DNA of 64,000 bases from Moniliella sp. 'wahieum' (taxonomy: Eukaryota). This document shows positions 35,868 through 48,559 of the stretch, one piece after another (the first letter of the stretch is position 1; each line of letters starts with the position of its first letter). Both the position numbers and the translations under genes were made by a program. The stretch covers positions 124,001 through 188,000 of the forward strand of contig RSEE01000038.1 in assembly GCA_003971905.1 (NCBI GenBank), given 5' to 3'. The notes beneath the pieces are model-generated. The model made no database searches, was not told where the DNA came from, and was given only the letters and a program-made list of their open reading frames with translations.

Positions 35868-38800
35868 GCGAGTACGCATTCACTGAAGATGCGAACCAGC
35901 TCTCGGGCTGCTTGCTCGCCTTGACGTTCGCCCGACTCCCACTGCTCCCTCAATCTCTTCCCCGACTGCATCCCCGAGCGTAGCTGCCTCGTCTGCTGTC
36001 CCACCTGCTTGGTCCTCCGGCACGTCTCCCGATGGTTCGCATCCCTCATCCCACGCGCCGGCCAGTCCTTCCTTGAAGGGAGACATGACGGGCCTGTGAA
36101 GGGATACATGCGCGGCGTAATGCTTATGCAAACTTCGTTTCTGGTTCTTGTTTTGTGGGTGTCTCGCTTCCCCTTTTCTTGTTGTGTTGGTTATACCTCG
36201 ATACCGTTGTCGGTTGTTGGTTGTCGGCATTGGGACCCGTTGTCTTTTCGCGCGAGGCACGTCTGATGCGTTTTCTGGGTCTCTTGCCCTCTTGCCCTCT
36301 TTCCTTTGCTTGACCTCGTTTCACCCTCCCGCCCATCTACTACGTTTCCCCCGTTTCCCCTATCTTCCCCGTTCCTCTGTCCCTCTGTCACTCTGCCCCC
36401 ATCCGATGGGCTTCGTTCGAACGGCTCATTCCGCAAGGTTGGCACGTCCCTCCTCTCCTTTCCCTTTCGTTTCCCTTGTTTTCTTCTCCTTTTTTTCCGT
36501 CCCGCATCGTCTCGTGTCTTTTTTTCGCACCTTCCTCCGGTCCTATATCCCTCCAGCGGGGCCCGCTTCATTCGGGATTTCCACGCTCTCGCGCTCCCAG
36601 GCATGCGCGCAGGCTCACAGGCTCACACGCTCTCACCGGTATACTGCCCCCTTTTCCTCACCTTTCCTTTGCCGTTTATAATTCCATTGGCATGTTTCCC
36701 GTCATGTTTCTTCCCCCTCTTCTGGGTTTGGTAGTAGTACTGTCTCCCCTGCCGATCCTCTACTATTCCTACTGTGTTTACTGTTCCTACTGTTTGGTCG
36801 GGCTGTGCCCCCGCTTTATAGTGGGGCAAAAGCGCCCCCTTTGACCGCAATTCATTCCCCTTTTACCCCACCCCCCCCCCCCCAGAACCTAGGGGAGGTA
36901 TATTTTGTATGGCCCACTTTGGCCAAGAAATGAGCCCTAGTCTGATACGTTTCCGAGGGAGCATATAGTACGTGCGATAATTGCTCGGAGCCCATCACTG
37001 AGTGCAGACAATGCCGATGGTGCCGACAGTGTCCGGTACGGTACTACCCATATTGCCCTCTCACGCCAGGTCCCAGTGGTCCCCGTAGCAGCTGCTGTTC
37101 AGTCACCTGACGGTACCCTAGCCCCTGTATCGCGGAAGAGTTGCCCCATGCTGTGCGGTTCACCTTGATGGCCAGTGTGCGTCTATCTTCCCTATCCCTG
37201 TGTTTTTCTTGTGTTGCAACACACGGCTAACCTTTTTGGACGCGATACAGAGGCTCAACAACGTTGGCAGGGGGGGGTGAAGCTGAAACACTGCTGTTGG
37301 AGCAAGTGCAAGAATCTAATCATCCAACGAGCAAACGGATCAAGGTTGCGCCGCGCTGCTATGGCAAAAACCGTTAAGGCACAAGCACCTATATTCCGAT
37401 AGGAACGCGACGGGCAAATTGCTAGACAAAAGCTCCGCACAGCCGTGCAGCCATAAGCTGCATAACCTGCATAACCCGTCTGGTTTTGCTCCACTTTTCC
37501 ATCTCAGCGTCAGCAACAGCGAGTGGTGTGGGTGTTGGATGGAGCGAAAAGGGTCACGCTGAACCTTAATTCACTTATCGATTATCTTTTGTGTGTGGGC
37601 AGAGGGTGGTGGTCACTGTCGTACGTACTGACTAGTGATAGTAGTGATTGGTGGAGTTGTTGGAAGTAAAGCTAGTAAAGTATTTGAGGTACTGGAAGTG
37701 AAGTCAGTGATCCGTGACTACGCACTATGGTGACCGGAGTGATCCGGTGTCGGGTTCGGATATTAGAGGGCGACTACCCTCCGTGCGCCCTTGACGTTTC
37801 CCTCCCATCTCGCAACTCTTTCGTTGAGCTTTCGTACAGACTTGAGTGACCTAGTGACCAAGAGATTTGCCATGATAAATGTCTTAATGACAGATGGCCC
37901 GATGCATGGCCGGTGAAAGGGGGTGTGAAAGGATGGAAGAGAGGGAAGAGGGGGGGGGGTGAATGGGGTGAATAAAGGCGGAGCCGGTTTGGGTGGAGCT
38001 CCAGCGTCCACAGCGTCCAGTTTTTCCAGGGCACACGGGACAGTGCATATATGGTTAGCGCTTGTAGTACGTCAAGCCTACTAAGAATAGTACTTTCTGT
38101 TCACAAATAGAAACCCCAATCATAATACATGCATCCAACCTCTCTACTCTGCTGTTGCTTCACGTATGTTTTCTGAGAGCGCAAGGCGCAGGGAGGGCCA
38201 GGCGATGGAACAGAACGAGCGAGAGGCCGGAAGGGAACAGAGTGGAAAAATCAGCGCTCCGCGCTCCTCTTACCATGCAAATGAGGTGTCGGTGTGGGTC
38301 CTCAAATATCCCCTCCTCATGTACCTCATGGCCTACTGATACTGATGTACGAATGGAGTAATCGCTTCCTGTCGCAACAAATAGTAACTAGTAAGCTGAA
38401 GCTTGTGGAACAGGATTCCAGCTTCCAGATACTATGTTTGCATTGCAGGGCATCAGCGCAAGAGCAACGGAGAGGCTAGAGAATATTCCTGCCTTCCAGA
38501 AAGGAACATAGAAAGACATTAATCACCGAAGGGAACCACCAGGCTCGGGGGACACACTTTTTCTCCCTTGCTGTTCCGGGGAATAGTTTGTTCGGTGGGT
38601 GGGTGGTGGTGGCTGCGGTGGTGGAGGTGGTGGGTGGTGTGAGGAACGAGTGCGCAGATCTGAGTCTCAGATCTTTTAGGTCAGACTGCAAATGCTTACT
38701 GCGTACCGGACGTACCGAGTAAGGAACTTGCCAAGAGTGTTTGGGCTGCGGCGTGGTTCGGTTTCTGTGGCGGTGGGGGCGGGGGCGGGACCCATAGAAG

Positions 38801-39169
38801 GCTGTATAGACGGGGGGCATCATATAAGTTCGGGGTTGGTGTAGTAATTACTGGTTCCTCCTGGACGCCAAAAAACGGCGGGCTGGCTGACCACCACAGG
38901 CTACCACCCGCGTACCCAGGCGAGCGGTAGGCGATGCTAGCTATACGCTGAGACCTTCCTACTCCCACTGGGTGTGAAAACATTGTCTTGGGATAAATCG
39001 ATGAAGCTTAAAGAGCTTAAAGGTTAAAGAAGCTTCCGCGACGGAATCGTCCAGAGAATAAACTGAGGCTAGGCAAGAGGGGAAAATGGGCCGAATCACG
39101 TGACTCGCAGTCGGCTGTGCTATATATGCGGATGGCAACAAGCTGCCAACTGGGGATGTCTTGGCCACC

Positions 39170-40380
39170 GTCACGTGATGGTTGTGGGTGTGGCATGTGC
39201 ATGATGCATGAGGCCGTGAAGCTAGCGTGAAGCGTGACGCGTGAGGCATGTATGAGGTCCATGGCTGTGTGTGTGCTGACTTGGTGGGTTGGACGTTGGA
39301 GGCTGGGTCCAGCAAGAGTCGCTCAGGCTGAGCAACGCTCACCACCAGGGCGAAACACGAGGAAGAATGGAGAGGGTACCTAAATGTTGAACATGGTCTT
39401 GTGTACAGAGGCGCTGCATTTGCAATTGCCCTCTGCGGTCGGTCGCTCCTCGGGCTCGTACTTGAGGTGGTGAAACGCCCACCAAAGAAACCCGAACTGA
39501 GCCGTGTGCGGGCGGGCAGGCTGCAATTTCTTGATGGTTAGGCGGCCAGGGTCACGCGTACCTGGAGGAGGTGGTGGGGATGGTGTTACGTAAGTGTCGA
39601 AGCGGACGCTCCACGCGGTGGTGCCGGTGGCTGGGCGGGCGGCAGTGGAGGAGCCAGCGGGGCCTCGGCCGTGCCCTGCCCTGCCGGTGACCGGTGAGAT
39701 GGACGATATCGGAGACAAGTCACCCATGTGGCCTGTGGCCCGGGGCATGTGCCGTGTGACATGATGCATGATGGGACGCGTGGTGCGAGGCTGAAGAGGG
39801 CGGAGTTTGTTGGTCCTTACTTAGTACTTGGCCTGCGCGCCTAAGCCTAAGCGCTCAGACGGAGTACTCAGACTGTGAGTACTCAGATAGATCAGACTGA
39901 GTACCACGGAGTACAGGTGTTTGGACGTTTAGACGTTACATTTTAACGTACCAACGTTTATTAGTGCGTGTTAGTAGGTTTAACGTTTAGCAAACGCTTA
40001 GCTATGAATGGGAGATGGGATGCATTTGAAAGCGTGAGCGTGAGCGCTGAGCCACTCAGCGCTGAATCACACATTTGAGCCGGTGGGCGGGTGTGGCCTG
40101 GTGTGGCGCCCGTGGGCGGTGGACTGCAGTGGAGCGCATGTTGCCCGCACTGCCTGCGCTTGGTTGGCGTGTGATGCTTGTGCGCAATGGGTGATATCGG
40201 GATGTGGATGCTGCATGGCGATGCATGACTTGGGCCTGGGGACCGGTGATTAAATCACGGCAGCAGCCGGGCGCTTTGTGGAAGCGACCGGAGTGGGTGG
40301 GTGTTGGCTTACGTGACGCGTGACGCGTGATATGTGACGTCAGTAGGACCACCCATCCCGCGTCACGCGTCACGCGTCTG
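39170..40380. repeat. Palindromic heptamer-register field upstream of the 40.7-kb gene
   Basis: gcatgatgcatga and gtgacgcgtga (about 39200-39245); AGTACT at 39863 and 39878; AACGTT cluster 39945-39990; tgagcgctgag..tcagcgctga; ACGCGT-G-ACGCGT (40316-40328) and its mirror ACGCGT-C-ACGCGT (40365-40377). Confidence 0.85.
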
Positions 40381-40673
40381 GCGCCATGCGGACACCGCCG
40401 CTGCGGCAGGGAATCAGCGCTGAGGCAGCGCTGTGCGTATTATTCAGTGCCTGGCAGGCTGCGGATGCACCTGTCGATATCCCCGTCCTATTTTAGGTTT
40501 AGGGGGCCAGCAAAAAGATTATCGACGGCTGGTCGGCTGTCTCCCCCCGCCCATTCCACGCCCAGCCGGTTGCCCCCAGGCTGCCTCTGCTGTGCGTGGT
40601 GTTGCATGCTCTGCCTGCCGTGATCGTCTCGCTCCTCGCCTCTCCTCGCCTCCACGCTCCTTCTTGCCCCCCC

Positions 40674-43334
40674 ATGCTCTCCCCGCGCCCCACCCGGCGC
40701 GACAGCCCCGCCTCCTTCCCCTCCTCCATCCCCCGCCGCGTACCCTCCCTCGGCGCCGATGCCTGGCGCCGTCTGCGCGCCTCCCGCAAACCACCCGCCC
40801 GTCCCGACACACGCTCCGTCTCGCTCCCTCTCCGCCCCCACCCCCTCCCCGCCCCGGCGCCTCCACCATCCCCCCCGCCCCCATCCGCTCATGCTCCTCA
40901 ATCCCTGCCGCGCCCATCACCGTCCCCACCACCCGGTCGGGCCACGAAACCAAGCAGCCGACAATCCTCGGCCTCGCTCAGCACCCAGTCCAGCTTGCTT
41001 TCCCGCTCCCCTGCCTCTCACAAGCACCAGCGCCTCCGAAGCGCTTCCGCCCAGCCACAGTGGCAACAGCTCTCATAGTACCCAGAGCGCGCTCAGTAGC
41101 AAAACCAGTGTCCCACAACACCCCTGGCATTTGCAGCCCCCCGCATACCCAGTACCCCCGCCCCCCCCCGCCCGATGAGGTACGCGTGCTTCGCGCACAG
41201 CTCGACACCCTCAAGCAAGAACATGTTCGTCTGCAAACTACTTGTGCCCAGGCCGCCACCACCATCGCCCTCCTCAATGGAGAACTGCAGGAGTCCAACG
41301 CCAACTTGGCAGCTGCAAAGGCCAATGCCGACATGTGGGCCTCCATGGCCCGTGCGGCCCAACAGGTATGTGCCAACTTTTTTGTCTTGTTGCGGAGTTC
41401 CTGACCAATTGTTCGGCTCTCATATAGATGGCGTTGGAGCAAACGCTTCAGCAGGTCCCTAATCAGCTCGCCGATCTTCTGGCTGGCATCCAGCTCAGCA
41501 CTACCAACGCACACTTACCTTCCTCTGAAAATCACAGAAGGCCGAGTGGAGACAGCGCCATAAGCGAAACTACCGCCTTTGGCCGCGGCCTTGCGCCACG
41601 CCTCGTGCTACCGCCCCACCGGCCCCGGCTCCAATTCCGGCTGTTGCCAAACCAGGAGTTCCTGGGCTAGACACCCTGCTGGAGTCCACCACACCTCCCT
41701 TGCCATCTTCTCCCGCCCTTCGGGTTGACGCTCCTCGCCGCACATCGGTCGTGGTAGCCTCTCATCGCCCTGCGGGCACTTATTCCACCTCCTCTGCATC
41801 GCCCCCTCAACCCCTTCAACCTCGTTCGCGACGGATCTACCGTTCTCACCATCGGGCCAACACAATGGCCGATGTGCTGGCCCAAGATGAAGACATGCGC
41901 CAAATGGCCGATGCCTTGGGTGGGCCCTCCCGCTCCTCCGTCTCTTCAGATAGCCGAGAGAAGGTGGACCCGACGATGTCCTCTACTTTCGTTTCAGCAC
42001 CGCCCGTCTCTCGTTGGGTCCCGGATTCTCTCTCTGACCCTAATACAGACGTCTCCTACTTGCCAGAGCAGGAGACCGAGACCCAGCCTGCCATGGAAGG
42101 TGAGGCTGTGCCCCCGGGCTTGGGTTTGCTGGAGGATCACCTTCCCAGGGAGTCTACGCCCCTCTCACCGCCTCTGGAGCATACAGATTCTTCCGCCTTC
42201 GTGAACGAGAATTTCCACCAGATCTCAACGTCGCTTCCCACCTCACCAGAGGATCGTTACCCTTTGGAAGAACCCCCTTACACTTCGACCCCTGGAGGGG
42301 ATATGGCGAGCGCGATGCCAGTGTCGGAGCCTACCGTTATGCCCGTTTCTGGGCTTGGTTTGCCCTCCACGACTTCGGATCTGTCCCAGATCTTGGAACG
42401 GTACCGTTCCCAGCACAATGCCCAAGTTCCGTCGTCTTCAACCCCAATTTCTTTCTCCCCGCCTGGATCCCATGCAACCTCGCACGCGAAGAATTCACCT
42501 GCGCCTCTTCATCTAACCCGTCATGTCAAGCAGAACTCAGCTCCAGCGTGCCCCCCTGGGCCAGGCTTTTCTCCTAGCCTAGCCGAATCGAGTACGAGTA
42601 CCAGTACGAGAACGGGCAAAGAGAATGTCCCGGCACAGGTGCGACCACGGAGCAGTTTGCACTCTGTGCGCTCTCACATGTCCAATGGATCGGGACGCAG
42701 TACGCGCAAACGTACTTTCACTCGTCCCTCCAGTGCCGCCTCCAGTTGCAGTGTCCACGACTCGATCCCCACCAACGCAGGCGACTTGTTTGCACCGTCG
42801 GCCCTGTCGCACGAAAGTGTTCCGACGAGCCCGGTGCATGACCCTGTCCCACAGGAACGGCACGTACGGAACCGGCATCTTGATGAGGAAGAAGTGGAGG
42901 TCTTGTTGCACGATCCTTTCTCTGCCCCGCTCAGCGCCAGCTCGAGCCCCAGCGCTCCCAGCTCGGCGTACGGCTCTGCCGCGTCGGTTCCGGCGACTCC
43001 TGTGTCCAATGCGGTAGCGGCGGAGCCAGTACCCGGGGTGTCTGAGGAGGACTTATTGGCGCACAGGTCAATGTACCGGTGCTTGGCCAAGGAACTGTCG
43101 CGGGAAGATTTGCGCTCGTTTGAGGCACTGATCTATGGCTTTGATCGCGGGTTCCTCCCCCTCGAGGGCGGGGAGGGGTTGATTGAACGCGTCAAGTTCC
43201 TTTGCTCGACGACCCGATGCTCTCCCACGATCCGCACAAGCATGCCCTTCGTCTCTCCCTGGCATCTCAATTTGAAACGGCTTGTCGGAGCGTGCAGCAA
43301 TGATGCGGATGCTCGATGTTCGATGATGCGATGA
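40674..43334 (+). CDS. Hypothetical protein: Pro-rich N-terminus, coiled coil, long Ser/Pro-rich region and a small helical C-terminal domain
   Basis: Coiled-coil-like DEVRVLRAQLDTLKQEHVRLQ..LNGELQESNANLAAAK; intron about 41366-41428 (GTATGT..CTGAC..TAG); 544-aa ORF 41700-43334 ending with HRSMYRCLAKELSREDLRSFEALIYGFDRGFLPLEGGEGLIERVK. Start uncertain. Confidence 0.65.
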
Positions 43335-45712
43335 TCCTTTCTCCCTCTTTGTTTTTCTCTTTCTTTGCACGACCCTCCTGCCCCCCCCACCCTTGTCTCA
43401 CTGCCACTGCCACCGGTACCCACATTCCTTTCGTCTCTCCCCTGGGCCTTGCGCCGCTTCAACCCTCTTTCCTCTGCGGAGGTTCACTCTTCGACCTTGC
43501 TCCGCCCCGCTCCACTGGGACGCTGAGCAGCACGTGATTCTCCGCTGCATGCATGTCCGACCCTTGACGAGCGCCGAATCGGCGAACCTTCTTTTTTTTC
43601 TATTTTTTTCTGTTTCGTCGCGCTTTTTCCCCGTCCCAACCAAGTGCAACGTCTTGCGTACTGACGGGGCCCTTGATTTTCCCTCCCCCCCCCACATCAC
43701 CCCATCCAGCCCCACCAGCCCCATCCTGTCCCCTTTTTCGTCATCCTATACCTCCCCCCTTCAAGCTTCATTTGCCTTTTTCATCCTACGACCCTGGCTT
43801 TTGTAGTAGATGCTTCCAGCTTGATCGTGTCTCCACTTCGGTAATCATTATAACCATGAACCATGACTCTTCTACCCTCCGGTAAGGGCAAATGGCTAAG
43901 GATTGATTTGACCCTCCCATGTCCCATGTCGCAGGGCATGCCAACACTGTTAGTCTACTGATGAAATGACTGGAGGAGTGGTGGGGCCTGACACTAGTGG
44001 CCATGCCAGCAAGCCCGAAGCGTTCCAACCTATTCCAACGCGAAAGGTGCTTGGTACCGCGTATACCGCGGAGAGGTTTTACACGTGAAGCTATAGCTTC
44101 ATCCTTTTGAAGCGTGCAGCTTGAAGATCGAAGTACATTCAACGTATTCAACGTCCAATGTGGGAAACGTGGGAGCCAGGAACCAGCCGGTCCGGTGCAC
44201 TCGCGCAGGTATTTCTACTAGGCAACTGGGGGTTACAGCCCGCGGTTCTCGATCGGTTACTTTTTGAGTTGTCGGAGTTATCCATGGTGTAATAGACGTT
44301 ACGCCAGCTGCTCAGAGTTGCGGGACGACTTGTGGGAGGGATCTTGCACTGCGCAAGGCTGCGGAGTAGAAAGAAGCTTTTACGGTAGTACCTGTTTCCG
44401 TGCCTGCACTTTTGCCGTACCGGCTTACCGCCTGCCGCACCCAGCATGTGATGCATGTTGGTCCGTCACTTGGAATAATCGGCACGCGCTCATTCGGACT
44501 CCTGTACCTGCGCCCAATGGGTACTAGCACACGTTCCTAGTTAGTACAGGAACTTCGCATACCGTCTACTACACACGAACTAATCGCGCCTCGCTGGCTA
44601 TGTTTTGTGGGCAGATTGCACCGTCGTCGTCCCGTGCCACAGCGGACCGCGAACTTCTTAGTTTACCCTTACACACACACATCCTGGATTCTTATCCTCA
44701 TTTTGCCAGTGTAGTTCTGAGAAGAGTAGTCACATGCAAAGGCACCTGCCCGCCTGAAGGTGTCGATCCGACGACACCGCATGCGCTGGCGTGCCGTTGT
44801 ATGGGGGGGGCAGGGTTATACTGGGTGATGCACCCGGTCGGCGGTACTCTGGCATATATATAGTGTAACGGGGAAACTGAACTCTGATTTTTGCATCCAC
44901 CCCACAGAGAGGCGAAAATATTTCTATGTCCATCAGATCCATCAGATATGCAGCCTCAGTCGCACGGACCGTGTCTACATTCACACGTGTTATGTGCATT
45001 CTGCGTGGAGCGAAGGGGTGCGGTCGGGGCCGTGCCTAGCCGGCAGCTCAAGCTGCTCTTGGAAGGGGGGGTGCACGCGCGCGGATCCCTATGGACCAGA
45101 AGAGGTACTAAGGGACGGCCAGGCAGTGGTGTTCAGGTGGTCAGGGGGACAGGCAAGCAAGTTTTGGCGCTCGTGCGCTGTCTTCTTGGCCCGGCGGCAC
45201 GCTGTTGGAAGCACGGCATGGTGGCCGGCCCCTCAGTCACGGTGGCCATGGTCGGCGCCGCAGCTACGACGGCCTGGGGCATATGCTTGCGATTGGGTAC
45301 GTGCGCTGGCTTTTGTATTATTCGGCTGATCGACCATGTTGGTGCCCACCGACCCACACCCCACGGATAGTCACTGGACGAGTGAAGTCATCGGTCGCCT
45401 GGGCGCTGCGAGGGTGTGACTGATGGGCCACTGCCCCCGTCCCGCCCGAACCCGGGCGGCTGGACGGCAACGCTGGGACGGTGCCCACGAGTGCACACCA
45501 CGCTGCTTGCAGCATGCCTGCCGTACGTACGGATCAATATTCCAGTCGGCAAAGCAGGCGATCCAGCGCCTCTGCTCGTTTCCTACTCAGTCCGCTAACC
45601 AGCGTCTCTGCTCCGCTCCTCGTGCGCGCTGCGTTACTGGCAGCTTTAAAAGCCAGCCTGATCGACCGATCGACATTCGCCTCCCCAGCAGACCCTCGTC
45701 TCCCCCTCCGCC

Positions 45713-47432
45713 ATGCGTCTCACCGCCCTGCTCGCCACGCTCGCTACGCTTGCTGCCACTGGCACCGTCCACGCCGCCTTCGACCACAACGACTGGCTTG
45801 ACGGCTACGGCCCGCTGGACCAGGACGTGGGCCTGACCTACCCCTTCCACCATCTTGGCTCCTACAGCGCCCGCTGGGTCGACCCGCACCTCCTCGCGCC
45901 CTACATCCGTCGCCATGCACGCGACCTCGTTGCCAAGCGCGCCGCCGACGAGCACCTCTACCCCCCCGAAGGATGCACCGTCACTCTCGTCAACACGGTG
46001 CAGCGCCACGGCGCACGGTACCCTACCCCAAGTGCGTTGAAAAGCATGACCAAGGTCGCTGCTCGCCTGGCCGAGGCGCTCAAGGACATCCCAGACCATG
46101 AGCTGGCCGATCCGTCGCTCGGCTTCCTCCGTAACCTCCTGCTCCGGCCGGGTTCGGTGACCTGGTGCCGTACGGCGCGTTGCAGTACGTTTCTATCCCC
46201 TCACTTGTTCCGTGGTGAAACGAGACTGACGAAAGAGGAAAACAGGGGCTACTACTCGGGTCTCTTTGACCGCCACGTCTACCGTCATTTGGCCGACAAG
46301 AAGCCCTATGTCCGTGCCTCGGGCAATTACGGCAACCAGTCTGTAGTGCCGAGCGACCGCGTGCTGTACACGGGACGCTGGTGGCAACAAGCGTTTGCCA
46401 ACAAGGAGTGGGCCCGCTGGCAACATGGACAACACCAACGCAGTCCGTTACCTCACCAACCTGCCCGAGTTGGATCTGGCGCTGAGCGAGCAGCCAGGGG
46501 CGAACAACACCCTTGACCCGTCCACCTGCGCGGCGTACGACAACTTCACCACCGTCGCCACCGACACGTATGGCAACAACACGCTTCAAGCGGTTGTGGG
46601 CAAGCGACTGGCCAAGCGCCTTCACCCGGCTAAGCTCAGTTTCTCGGCTGATGAGGTGAACTCCATCATGTCCTACTGCTCCTTCACCAGCTTGGGCTCT
46701 GCCAACGTGACCGACGGTAAGTTGGACTTGACTGTTTCCCCCGTCTGCGGTGCGTTTGAACCGCACGAATGGCGCATCTTGGATTACTATTACACGCTCG
46801 GCTTTTACTACCCGGACGGCTCTGGCAACCCGTTCTACCGCGCCGCGTACCAGGGCTACATGCGGGAGCTGTATGCCCGCCTCAACGGCTCTGCGCCCGT
46901 CACCACTCCCATCACCCTCAACACCACCACCCTCACCCCCTACACGGGCCACACGATCTACGCTGACTTTACCCACGATTCCAACATTGTGCCCTTGGCC
47001 CAGACGTTTGGTCTGTTCGCCACCGACTCGCTGCCGTTTACCCCCCATGAGAAGAAGTACCGGGGCCCCGTGGCTGCCTCTAAGATCGTGCCGTACCAAA
47101 CCAAACATGCTTGGGAGAAAGTGTCTTGCGGCAGCAAGGGCGAATACCTGCGGGTACGCGTCAACGAAGCTGTCCACCCGGTCCGCAAAGAATGGTGCCC
47201 GGTCCAGGCTGGCGACAAGGGGTACGACGAGGAGTTGGTGCACAAAGGGCTCTGCCCTTGGGCGTCGCGTTGCGTAACTTGGAATGGGCCAATGGCCCGG
47301 GCGAATGGGACAAGTGCTTACCAACGCTACCCAAACTCCCTCTGCGTAACAGGAAGCGCTGTGATTCCCCAGTGCATCCTCCAAAATGACCTCTTCTTTT
47401 GGACAACGCACCCTGAGACGGAGGGGTGTTGA
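45713..47432 (+). CDS. Secreted histidine acid phosphatase / 3-phytase
   Basis: Signal peptide MRLTALLATLATLAATG; HLGSYS; PPEGCTVTLVNTVQRHGARYP (RHGxRxP active site); YVRASG..DRV; distal DFTHD motif; LRVRVNEAV; intron about 46185-46244. The stop is at 47389 or 47432 depending on an indel. Confidence 0.92.
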
Positions 47433-48559
47433 GAGACGGACCCATGTGGTCTGACCATCTTGGTCCGTCGGCAGTCCAACATGATTTTTCTTATTTCTTT
47501 CGTTCCTCCCGTCAAATACATGTTTTTAGTATGGACGGCACCTACTGCTCCCCGTCCTCTTTTCGTCTGAGAATCGATGAATCCAAAGAACGCTTGTGCT
47601 GCTATTGCCAGGGAATTTGCCGGGTATACTTAGAGTCAAGCCCAGTGTGAGTTACTGGGATGAGAAAACGATGGATCGAGAGCGGCGGGGCCGGGATGGG
47701 CGGTAAGATAGAAGAGGAGAAGATTGTGTCCTGTCATTGCCCTCATCCTCCTTCGCGCGAAAGAGGCGAATACACCATAGGCTGTGGAGCTGGCATCGTG
47801 GAGTGGGCTTTTCGTGGTGATAACGATGCTTTGAGGCCGGATCAACTTGGAAAGGTCTACCCAAGCATACTAAGCTGACGAGATTGATGGGTCAGACGGA
47901 GCGGAGTCTGTCTTGCTTCCACTTCTGTCGTAGGGTTACGTAGAGTGGCATAGAGAGGGATTGTTTAGGGATCGTGGTGGGTTGGAGTTGGAGGGAAGAT
48001 GGGCTTAACAGAGAGGTTAATGCAATAGGGGAGCACCCTACTATATATGCACTCTGTTCAAACTTAGGGCGCCTTATCACACCTCTCCACACCACGCTCG
48101 ACAACCTCAAACCCAACACTTCACCTTCGTCTCGCGCGGGGAGGCACATCATTCTCAGCTTGAGCCGACTATAGACTCCGGTGTTACACTGCATTGAAGG
48201 CCAGGCCACAGCCAACTAGGAAACCACCGAACCAGCAGATCGTGATTGTCCAAGGCCTTTGTTGCGTATAGTTCGGCTTCGAGTCGGAATTCTAGCTTCA
48301 AGCTTCAGGTCCAGGAGCCAATTCAAGCGAGGGAAGGATCATCAACACCAAAGAATAATAACAAAATATACATCACCAGAACGCGAACAACAGCGACTAG
48401 CACGCTTCTTGTCTTCGGGCAGCATCAGGGCAACGAGAGTAAACGAAAAATAGGTCGGAACATGTGTTGGTCAGGGTCAAGGGTCAAGGCCGGACAAAGC
48501 GAAATGGCCATCTGCAGGAAGGAAAGGGTACACCGGTCGCACAGCACAGGCCTCGGTCC

